A stretch of 62,000 bases of DNA from Hyalangium minutum (GTDB lineage Bacteria; Myxococcota; Myxococcia; Myxococcales; Myxococcaceae). The position numbers were made by a program, and so were the translations under genes. Shown one piece after another: positions 54,101 through 58,915 of the stretch. A model generated the notes under the pieces. It worked only from the letters and a program-made list of their open reading frames with translations. It did no database searches and had not been told where the DNA came from. Location: the NCBI RefSeq assembly GCF_000737315.1, contig NZ_JMCB01000003.1:206001-268000 (forward strand), read 5' to 3'. The number at the start of each line of letters is the position of its first letter. The stretch's first letter is position 1.

Positions 54101-56161
54101 TATGGCTGGGACGCAGGAGGGCGGCTCGCTTCGACCAAGCGGATCACCGCGCAGGAGACGGTCGAAGCCTCATATGCGTATGGCTTTGACGGACTGCGGC
54201 GGACTCGGACCGTGAACGGAGTGAGCACCCGGTATGTGTGGGGTGCGAACGAAGAGCTGCTCGAAGAAGGGCCGGCTGTGGGAAGTCGGCTGTTGTATGC
54301 CCAGGCAGGCTTCGGAGCGGTGGCGGCGGGAGGAGAGCGGCTGCTGCGGGATGCGCTGGGCAGTGTCGTGGGGCGCGTGGGTCCGTCCACGGAGCTGTCT
54401 CGCTATGGCGCGTGGGGCGCACTCCGGCAGGGAGCGCCGCCCCAGGGCATGGAACCGTCCCTGGCCTACGCGGGGCAATCTCTCGACAGCGAAACAGGGC
54501 TGAGCTACGCGCAGCAGCGTTGGTACAGCTCGGAGACCGGGCGTTTCCTCTCGGAGGATCCCCTGGGAGCGGCGGCGTACCTCTCGACCCCGACCGAGCT
54601 GAACCCCTGGCTCTATGCGAGGTCCAATCCCCTGACGTACCTGGATCCCTCGGGTTTGTGGTCCTGGTCTCAGGCTGGAGTGGGGCTGGCCAGAGCTGGC
54701 AGGAAAGCCTGGCATGAAACGGCCAATGCTTTCTCGTGGGCCGCTCGTCCTCTGAACGGCGCGTTCGGAGTGTCCTCGGGACACTACGACAAGAAGGGAC
54801 GATGGAGGCTTCGGGATACAGGCACCTTCAAAGAGGAGGCGAAGAAGCAGCTCAAGCAGATCAAGGAGGTCGCGGAGTACGTGAAGGACCACCCGGTGGA
54901 GACGGTGACTGGGCTGGTGGTGGAGCCGGCGAAGGCGATCGGTACCGGGATTGCGGCCTGTGTCGTCGGCGCGACGACGCAGGGCGTGGTGGGCGACGAG
55001 GCGAGCCGTGACTGTGGCGAGATGCTCCCGAAGGCGATCGGATCGGTAGCGGGCACTTTCTCCGGGGCAGGCGCGGCGATCCGGACCGCAGGACGCGTCC
55101 GGCGTGCCGCGGCAGATATGCGTACGGCCATGAGGAGGAGCGTCTCGGCCGCTGATGACATGGCCAGGACGAGGCTGGGCCCGCAGCGCGGATGGCCTGA
55201 CGAGGCCCCGAAGCCCGCGAGGGCCGGCGCCAATGACTGCGCGGGTGGGGTCTGCCAACGCCCAGGACAATGCTTCGTGGCGGGCACTCCCGTCCTGACC
55301 CAGGAAGGTCTCAAGCCCATTGAGCAGATTGTCGAAGGGGAACTGGTCTGGTCACGTAACGAGGAGACGGGCCAATCGGATTGGCGGCCCGTGGTGCGGA
55401 CGTTCGTGACGCCGGACCAGCCAGTGCTGAGACTGGAGCTGACGGACGAGGCCGGTCAGCGCACCGTGCTGGGAGTGACTGGGGAGCACCCGTTCTGGGT
55501 GAAAGACCTGGGATGGGTGGGAGCGTCGTCGCTGCTCCCCGGTCAGCAGGTGGCCAGCGCGCACGGAGGATGGCTCAAGGTGGGGGCCGCGACGTGGGAG
55601 CAGGCGCGCGCCACCGTCTTCAACTTCGAAGTGGAGGAATTCCACACCTACTTCGTGGGCGACGTCGGCGCGTGGGTCCACAACAGCTGTCAGCAGCCAT
55701 GGTTGTTCGCGGCGGGACAGGGGGATGTGTACACGCTCCTGGAGAAATTCAGGAAGACTCACACGTTAGGGAAAGCGGAGACCTTTGCGCTGGCAATGCT
55801 GGAGAGTGGTGAGCGTGCATTTGGAATCAACTCGGGTTTGTTCAAGGGCAGGGATTCCCGGATTCATGGCTTTGAAATGTTGAGGGAGCACGGGTTGCTG
55901 AAGAAAGCCACCATATACAGTCAGGAGCCCTTCCTGCTGCACGCAGAGGCTCTGGCGGTCATTCGTCTGTGGGAGCGGCTGCAGGGCAAAGACCTTTCAC
56001 TGATTCGGCTGTACGTCGACAACCCAACCTGCAAGCTGTGTCTGAGCGGCCTTCCCAGACTGCAAGTGGCGCTTGGGATCAAACGCTTGGAGATTTATGG
56101 CCCGGGAACCATTCACATCAGCAAGCCGTCTCTCCACCCCATTGACCTTCTCAAGAATTGA
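42113..56161 (+). CDS. Giant (4,682 aa) Rhs/YD-repeat polymorphic toxin: probable lipoprotein signal, Ig-like arm, DUF6531-like domain, YD shell, Rhs core, pretoxin HINT and deaminase-like tip
   Basis: Signal MIRRAPRWLWLVLGLVTLATA-C22. Ig repeats (DTTPPxL..P..G). DUF6531-like FSRTY...MGVGW. Many YD/YTYD repeats. Core GQSLDSETGLSYAQQRWYSSETGRFLSEDPLG...NPLTYLDPSGL. HINT CFVAGT...VHN. HAE...PTCKLC. Confidence 0.9.
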   Translation: MIRRAPRWLWLVLGLVTLATACDRRSSEEPASAAPPAQAAQQAQALSGSTCDSVAPTGMAPGWKVAPIQAAGQNVASTIFPASVGERAILILQESAEALNQEFKTEASLNGVDWVAISRQRPLAARVVQLSASNRLELETNGGVARTSVAALSPLPCAAVEARVTHAGGSAATVETRTFTWPMGAGPALLVVESGSASQVTGRVVLGSLTVQVPAAGQLPVVEVVSPQASNTLRVEVGGSAGAWVRAVVVEPDMLPPIVSMGQPAEGAQLNASPVEVQGTAGAGAVAVKVGAVDAVLSQGQYTAQVPLVEGPNALVAEVRDQCGNVARVCRPVVLTTAPPTVVIEGVTDGQVSREPLHPTWTVTSSGPVTVEATLDGAPFVGGTAVTAEGSHELRVMVRDAAGREAQAQVGFAIDTTPPRLTLTGVEEGERRNTPAVLGFTVEEEHPGSVEATLDGAPMASGDTVSAEGAHVWTVAATDAAGNRSEVQRHFVVDVTAPTLEVLSPAPGSFTQAGSVEVVVAAADDGPVAGVWLGNAELTLGTDGKYRSLVVLEEGSNLLVLVARDAAGNSAQSSLAVTRDSTPPQLTLTTPAEGAKVAGDSVQVEGQAQDTTPLTVRVAGMTAAVAADGHFQLSVAVAQGPVSLEVVATDAAGNTARLVRGIRVNTTPPRLDLTAPASGTVTEESSIEVSGFARAADRTDTVRVEVAGTEHGVRADGSFSVQVPLEVGLNTVSVTAVDGYGLRTPRTVRVERQGPQGPGPGDGGSGDGSGGGTDGGSGEDTPDAGSGAPDAGSPGPVPDGGIPSEPPVLVLASPQENSLWGVERVSVLGRVEGGDLPLQVTVDGLPAAVTGRQFSASVALPEGSSMLHVRAVDALGRIAEVRRQVRVDQTPPFLEVTRPEQPSTTVSESPYLVEGLAGDAYLAGVTVNGAPVMVLAGHFSSSVALVAGDNTVEVEAVDLAGNRSRAVRTLRVEALPPQLTVLEPVDGSEATEPVVRVTVKVESSAPLDEVRIGTGIAANLGSGQYTAQVPLALGENVIPVSARDTLGMTGSATVRVRYRDPSTEPLTVTGVDPSDQATELEPDTLVNVAFNKAVKPASVRAGFTVSVEGQPLAGGWSVAHGAQIVSFIARDPLPEGATLQVRVAGVEPVQGPGMQGEFRSMFTVRRPLTRLRGQVVDARREPVSGVRVEVEGQGLFTRTGADGNWALFGVQPGQVVLRYEGGASSEGQVFPTVRRRFAVEAERDNEESTVVLTPVDAESAEPVDTSLPLHLTFGGRHGALEVDIPAGGLILEGGSTRGLVTLTQLPLHSLPVPTEGALRPVVVWQLQPAGTRLVRPVVLRLPNRLSAPPGSRAALFTYDPEAHRLHIAGLATLSADGTQLVSDGVLEAGSLEYFGYLPLPEESSVARAGAVSPRVANLGPLPRPPSDGLIRPLTQGFGLDPGSALAIWDSYQPFIAPAAVMGTVRGPREQAVALDLSSPSLGESRRVALDSQLRYRMPLSVQARSLYPLSSSGRDSLVLALEGVGPEGQRLGPPSGGSWRQESPQGQRAELSTQVELSLGTSSLWATGTTARGRNVLRLNAELSLADGGVPDGGATSGLLRVQRGDGGSAGGEDSEGLVRFAGMPVRVTDGWHEGGSISGPAGRYAASIIMLQSSWIPPASVLACVRLPIGWNVQSWVAWDGRVRTRKAPSTAEECSGPWEVLAWPSPIIPDIDVLVDVRWLHGNITFVDRQGEPLPPPCSDLVVRQGTEVTGLSQDAVRSTEVHFFREDNLSTPIVSYAVADPEQCDSYPGAPHGRYAKVRYGPSTLSRVASRRDSQRLLPGDRLVVFAVNHATGYSGMEVVTVPSVNQSSRAEDGSCPADDAAGGPMAVQDGSRTVSVSRCTLQDLGIEADLKLYPPEIDVRVERQSRAEGSSQEALEPSLVRHKGAATTRDNFVSVATHWRVRRQPARSWDPGVLPPVNSSCEGGSQAAGSTCAPQILLDEGPRGTWAEHYCGELPEPRTPEQQALCLKDDRELAEVPVGVPPLAGRVVRITGSAVEEPAVASFHVAPGRSTTTVQTALRRVERDGREVVLNNLTRAYYYVQVVGHPVLPRDRNSDGTLDPSEENAPPPDFEDDEDAPGIPEGVVTLKSVYRSVEPEGRIERYDRALEHEFRVMEVGSSRVTARTERGEERPLPQPGQPPSSAAASPEDVAYQFLLNLLEPEDPGRTGPPSSQYVLRLGTDSFGIECPIELNASAGTLRGTCEGEYLPEVLSAGDVLYLEVYLRGNAENVLYRFNFDGLSMREDYLGASSRFTAHRAVEQQNGKPVEDRPISRLNEAHFFLSPHELSSGRIRLCTNAECSGDGAVIKDATVLWTAAGSYAVSEQATGSAPGRLVQEVTSGAGNARHLRLGLPASVTAMPGIAAAGAGIFLVKDSESPPRARQVERLGTPKGRFQGLNAQAPGQEAVAGINVADLHLALTHTDFAVPQLAGEVSFSRTYANQNDLPSPMGVGWRHELDGFVLEESLGRYVVNLGGQAWGFIRCTTVDEEAQTASGCMTDKTHGMSLKVDSEGVQLTTEQGSVYRFNRPAVKRDQEGRRKWLLTKFHDGHGRGEQDGWTHLTYAEGTNRLTQAKRTPGELSLELKYCEDFSREDCDGVAPDAPGNLKFLARSEGFKLLKGVVLKNSQGQELHIVRFKHDRWGNLLEAERTTDPPTQKWKYTYAPIADDVPSMMAWRAINELSEARLEVAGHPQWVATYGRGGAECYAHLEAFECVSSVTQTGFMGNVLQVQGEAGHRQLKLPTGNSAEVSLNEYGNVTSSASEGQAARRLTWPSSQRGGEVRLEKSVSPSGRTLRYGTDHQLRLDEVKLEGSSDVVGLEAGALVSVLARDARGLPTSGKLSTANGPAEWSMPRSQSGDVLGLSLGGTQLFSRVTDEEGRITSERDALGNTTTFTFGALGLPVRIQVSSDSATSGLVRYTLVLEYDAYGRLIRRFNETTGEAESWRYDGQGNMLEHTLTGEPSERWTYTYTYGDQRLTVVERLEGTAYTRTALFEQGLLKSEQLSYGTGNASRAYEYEGGRLKKKTDELSVTWEYTYDSAGRLKVVKANGRTVESYGLDEDGILISTTDREGHTTQIGNDSLGRPVSWTYEDGYKEEVRRDAQGAIVWEKKMSPGADRAHVFAQEVDALGQVLSRRSAENGSGVEIVSTYDAAGRVRTREDRGRGLNESFEYGDVLGRLTRYQRTVASAAGSQNWIETRQYVDEGGRTELRILRQIDTGLGPRQENQVLVLDALGRVLKDQRLGAGVFEYTYDARGNVLERRHSVLGTTSYTYDGLGNLLSMTEPGGVTTTYTVDAAGRVLTQEGPHDQERWTFTYDLFDRPLTQVLAQAGSSPQAAWSFEYPGNGIVIETDPLSIATTRRFNSRELLLSEERGSQTAEYAYDGTWPRLHLISHEGSERKLTRSFDDLGRPLQQVEFWKQGDHSYTYSTTTAWTGRRGTRQERWEATDASVRTLTATIRVDGLGNLIEQEQGGLTDAWAYDAAGLLAREALAGRPEKRFFYEQDRLVRMENGSETTLYEYDAAGRQWKETDPSGRERTRVYNAQGLVASERFGAGETLESAYTYDRGGGLRTLTRGGAQWNFTHGPRGELQAVELPGGLGTFTYQYDALLQLKGVTPPEGGGAAAQTFAYDNWGRQLRRTRGSSVWSTAWQGGLSTTSDPNGDVVEQLYDGRGRVVRERFAPGNSSRPFHDLTAVTYAYDGLDQLLLAQESRISGAVSNVYDYDGRSRLISMRRGSEEISYTYTESGQKRTVTSPSGTLRYEYDAQDRVRRIESSQGPVVAVGWEPGGLLSEVSGNGVVERYAYWGHGLIRSIASQWDGPSAGTLRYEYGYDVRGNRLEERYTAPGATAFEVTQFGYDAADRLTGVRYPTGEAELYLLAADGSRLEEKHLQGYSGGLTPQALANATNATQHWRYAYDTAGGLQRIDDVLTGGVEAQVTTDAGGRVVAEMRGGTTRQYGWDAGGRLASTKRITAQETVEASYAYGFDGLRRTRTVNGVSTRYVWGANEELLEEGPAVGSRLLYAQAGFGAVAAGGERLLRDALGSVVGRVGPSTELSRYGAWGALRQGAPPQGMEPSLAYAGQSLDSETGLSYAQQRWYSSETGRFLSEDPLGAAAYLSTPTELNPWLYARSNPLTYLDPSGLWSWSQAGVGLARAGRKAWHETANAFSWAARPLNGAFGVSSGHYDKKGRWRLRDTGTFKEEAKKQLKQIKEVAEYVKDHPVETVTGLVVEPAKAIGTGIAACVVGATTQGVVGDEASRDCGEMLPKAIGSVAGTFSGAGAAIRTAGRVRRAAADMRTAMRRSVSAADDMARTRLGPQRGWPDEAPKPARAGANDCAGGVCQRPGQCFVAGTPVLTQEGLKPIEQIVEGELVWSRNEETGQSDWRPVVRTFVTPDQPVLRLELTDEAGQRTVLGVTGEHPFWVKDLGWVGASSLLPGQQVASAHGGWLKVGAATWEQARATVFNFEVEEFHTYFVGDVGAWVHNSCQQPWLFAAGQGDVYTLLEKFRKTHTLGKAETFALAMLESGERAFGINSGLFKGRDSRIHGFEMLREHGLLKKATIYSQEPFLLHAEALAVIRLWERLQGKDLSLIRLYVDNPTCKLCLSGLPRLQVALGIKRLEIYGPGTIHISKPSLHPIDLLKN
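54460..54658 (+). other. Rhs-associated core with PxxxxDPxG-L autoproteolysis site
   Basis: NPLTYLDPSGL, with DPSGL at 54644-54658. In characterised Rhs proteins, cleavage after this motif releases the C-terminal cargo. Confidence 0.85.
55271..55684 (+). other. Pretoxin HINT (bacterial intein-like) domain, 138 aa
   Basis: Cys1 (CFVAGTPV), block B TGEHPF, block F VFNFEVEEFHTYFV, terminal His-Asn (WVHN), +1 Ser. Confidence 0.9.
55685..56161 (+). other. C-terminal toxin domain, zinc-dependent (cytidine-deaminase superfamily) deaminase-like, 158 aa
   Basis: HAE at 55940-55948 and YVDNPTCKLC with CxxC at 56030-56041, followed by LPRL..ALGIKRLEIY. Subfamily cannot be assigned by eye. Confidence 0.7.
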
Positions 56162-56173
56162 CCCGGCATATAG

Positions 56174-57640
56174 CTATTGCGCCTGCGGATTCTGAGTCGT
56201 GGGCGGGCGCGCTCGTTCCCAAGCAGGGTCGTAGCACTCCTCCTGCCACTGGTAGGTATCGTCGCTGCATGGCGGTCTCTTGTCGGCCACGCGCACCCAG
56301 CAGCCGCCATGAATGATTTTCTCCCAGTCTCGCTTGCACGGGGGGCGGCGCTGGCCCGGGAGCGGTTGCTTGGGCATGTCCAGGGAGATGGATCTGGCCT
56401 CAGAGGGAATCGATTGAACTTCCATCCGAGTGGTGAGCGCATCGTCTCCCAATCCGCGGGTACCGGCATCTGGCTCCATGCCCGCATCCAGCGCTTCAGC
56501 ACGCGCCGTCTCAGACGGCTTTGCGCTCCACTCGGGAGCCATCCAGCAGGGCCCCACCACCGCCAGAGACATCGTGAGCAGCGCGAGGAGATTCCTCCAA
56601 GGGACGGGCCGAACTTGCTGCCTCGCCTGGAGAGTTCCTGCTTTGTGCTCAGTAGCTTTGGCTGGGGCCGTCTTCGCATCGACGGGCCTCGCGGGCCCGG
56701 CTTGAGTCTGTACCGCAGGCTTCACTGAAGCCCAGAGAGGAACATCCGCTGCGGAACCTAGATGCTCCGCCGAGGTTTCCGCTGCTTGTGCCAACTCACT
56801 TGCCGTCCCGCGAGCCTCAGGCTCCGCCGCGAGCAGCCGCTCCACCAGCGCCGAGAGCTCAGGCACCACTCGGGGGTTGAGTTCATGCGTGCATTGGCGT
56901 CGCGCAACTCCACCCTGGATTTGTTTCTTGAGGTCTTCAGGCTCCGTGCCAGGAGGGGGATAGATCCGAGTCAATAACCGGTACAGCGTCACGCCCAGCG
57001 CATAGAGATCGTCCGCCGGGGTGGCGTGGTAGCGCGCTCCCGGCGTGCTCCAGTGTTGCCACTCGAAGCGTAGCGCCTCGGGGCTGCGGTACTCAGGCGT
57101 GTTGGGAGGCAGCACCCGATGGGTGAGTGGGGGAGCGCCCTTCCACGTGCCCGAACCAAAATCCGTGAGCACCGCCCGGCCCTCGGGCTCCACAAGAATG
57201 TTGTCGCCCTTCAGGTCGCGGTGCAGGCATTCCCCGCGGTGCAACACCTCCAACCCCCATGCCAGCTGGGCCACCACCCGGAGCACTTCGCGGCTGGTGG
57301 GAGTGTGCATCCGCGCCCACTCGTACAGCCGCTGGCCCCGGATCCACTCCATCACCACATAGGGATGCCGGACTCCAGGCTCGGCCTCCCACCAACCTTG
57401 GTCGATGAGTCGAGGCACGGCCGGGTGGCGGGTGCGTCTGAGCAACTCCACCTCCCGTTCGAAGCGCGGGTCATGAGGGAACACCGCCATCTTCAGTGCC
57501 ACGGGCGGGGAGCCCGGGTCGTCGGCGCGCCGGGCGCGGAACACGGCGCCGTAGCTGCCCCGGCCGGCATAGCCCTCGATGCGCCAGGGGCCGACCAGAT
57601 CTCCGATGTTCAGCGAGTCAGGTGTCCTCGTGCCCGTCAT
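56174..57640 (-). CDS. Membrane-anchored eukaryotic-like Ser/Thr protein kinase (expanded myxobacterial family)
   Basis: GRGSYGAVF, VALK, HRDLKGDNIL, DFG, TPEYRSPE, DDLYALG. Transmembrane segment LLALLTMSLAVV. Cys-rich C-terminal domain (PLPGQRRPPC...GGCW...PPC...CY). Confidence 0.9.
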   Translation of the reverse strand: MTGTRTPDSLNIGDLVGPWRIEGYAGRGSYGAVFRARRADDPGSPPVALKMAVFPHDPRFEREVELLRRTRHPAVPRLIDQGWWEAEPGVRHPYVVMEWIRGQRLYEWARMHTPTSREVLRVVAQLAWGLEVLHRGECLHRDLKGDNILVEPEGRAVLTDFGSGTWKGAPPLTHRVLPPNTPEYRSPEALRFEWQHWSTPGARYHATPADDLYALGVTLYRLLTRIYPPPGTEPEDLKKQIQGGVARRQCTHELNPRVVPELSALVERLLAAEPEARGTASELAQAAETSAEHLGSAADVPLWASVKPAVQTQAGPARPVDAKTAPAKATEHKAGTLQARQQVRPVPWRNLLALLTMSLAVVGPCWMAPEWSAKPSETARAEALDAGMEPDAGTRGLGDDALTTRMEVQSIPSEARSISLDMPKQPLPGQRRPPCKRDWEKIIHGGCWVRVADKRPPCSDDTYQWQEECYDPAWERARPPTTQNPQAQ

Positions 57641-57809
57641 GGCACCGGAGACTACCCAAGGGGTCGCTCGCCGTCATGCCGCTCTTTCAGGTAGGATGGC
57701 GGCGATGGAGAATCTCCCGAGAGAGACGGAGCGTCTCCGGCCGTGGACGGTTCACAGGCGTCTCGCTCTGGCAACCGCTTGGCTCGGGAGTTGCTTGAGG
57801 CCGGGCGGT

Positions 57810-58910
57810 ATGACGGGACTGCACGACCGATTCTTCCGCTACCTCTTCAACCACACCGCGCGCACCGAGGCTTTGCTGCGGCACAACCTGCCCGCGTTCC
57901 TCATGGCCGAGGTGGATTGGCCGTCGCTGCGGCGAGAGTCCGGCACGCTGGTCGACGGCGAGCGCGAGACTCGCAAGGACCTGCTCTTCTCCGCCCGCTG
58001 TCTCCAGTCCGCACCGGAGGAGCCTCCGCACTTCTTTCTCATCGAGCATCAATCCTCGGTGGACCCGTGGATGGCACTGCGGATGCACGACTACGCTTGG
58101 CGTCTCATCCAGCACTGGCGAGAGCAGCACCCCCAGAGCCGATGGATTCCCGAGGTGACGCCCCTGGTGGTGTACCCCCGGCAAGGTCGGACGTGGTCAG
58201 CGCCCCTGCGGCTGGGTGACCACTATCTGGTGCGAGCGCGCGCGGACAAAGAGGGGCTGCCTTGGATTTTGCGTTCTGGGTACTGGATGGACGCCGTCTC
58301 GAACGAGCAGGAGGCACGGGCTCACGGGGGACCACCGCTGGTTTCTCTGGGATTGCTGGTGCTCAGCTTCGCGGGTACGCGGCAATTGGCGAGGAGGTTG
58401 CCGCACTGGTGCGATCTGTTTGCCCAGGTGTACGCGACAGATGGTCCCCAAACGCTCTATCGCATGGTGCGCTATGTGCACCATCTGGGGGACGAGGAGG
58501 CCGTTGCGGCAATTCGGCGCGTGCTACATTCCATTATGGAGTCCACAAGGGCGGAGGCGTTCATGCGAACCATGGCAGAGGTGCTCAAAGAGCGGGGACG
58601 CCGCGAGGGGTGGATCGAGGGGAAGGCAGAAGGGAAGGCCGAGGGGAAGGCCGAGGGGAAGGCCGAGGGGAAGGCCGAGGGGAAGGCCGAGGGGAAGGCC
58701 GAGGGGAAGGCCGAGGGGCTCGCCGAGGGAGAGGCCAAGGGCTTGGTCAAGGCTCTCCTCCGCTTGTTAGCGGCACGAGGCCTACGTGTCGATGAGGCCT
58801 CCCAGGAGCGCATCCAGAATTGCGGCGATGTCGCCACACTGGAGCGCTGGCTCGACCGGGCTCTGAACGCTACGCGGCTCACCGACGTCCTGGACGGCCC
58901 CGCGCAGTAA
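57810..58910 (+). CDS. Rpn/YhgA-like PD-(D/E)XK recombination-promoting nuclease / putative transposase
   Basis: Likely start ATG at 57810 after GAGG (MTGLHDRFFRYLF). Motifs RKDLLFSA, IEHQSSVD..MALRM..Y and PLVVY. C-terminal (KAEG)n then a DUF4351-like tail (LERWLDRAL). Confidence 0.85.
   Translation: MTGLHDRFFRYLFNHTARTEALLRHNLPAFLMAEVDWPSLRRESGTLVDGERETRKDLLFSARCLQSAPEEPPHFFLIEHQSSVDPWMALRMHDYAWRLIQHWREQHPQSRWIPEVTPLVVYPRQGRTWSAPLRLGDHYLVRARADKEGLPWILRSGYWMDAVSNEQEARAHGGPPLVSLGLLVLSFAGTRQLARRLPHWCDLFAQVYATDGPQTLYRMVRYVHHLGDEEAVAAIRRVLHSIMESTRAEAFMRTMAEVLKERGRREGWIEGKAEGKAEGKAEGKAEGKAEGKAEGKAEGKAEGLAEGEAKGLVKALLRLLAARGLRVDEASQERIQNCGDVATLERWLDRALNATRLTDVLDGPAQ
58553..58565 (+). promoter_or_regulatory. 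Internal Shine-Dalgarno and in-frame ATG (probable RpnS start)
   Basis: GGAGG at 58553-58557, 5-nt spacer, in-frame ATG at 58563 (MRTMAEVLKERG...), just upstream of the KAEG repeat. Confidence 0.6.
58623..58718 (+). repeat. 12-bp in-frame tandem repeat, (AAGGCCGAGGGG) x8 encoding KAEG x8
   Basis: Directly visible. The first copy is slightly diverged (aaggcagaaggg) and the other seven are identical. Confidence 0.95.
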
Positions 58911-58915
58911 TCGCG

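Noticed and set aside
56177-56728. 183-aa + strand ORF right after the toxin, as a candidate immunity protein
   Set aside because: It lies entirely antisense to the well-supported kinase gene, has no clear RBS and is Arg/Ser-rich. Not impossible, but unsupported.
57579-57809. N-terminal extension of the Rpn ORF
   Set aside because: It overlaps the kinase start and intergenic region. Family-like sequence begins at MTGLHDRFF (57810), which has an RBS.
57810-58910. Rpn gene as an active IS element
   Set aside because: No terminal inverted repeats or target-site duplication are visible, and Rpn proteins are not shown to be autonomous transposases.
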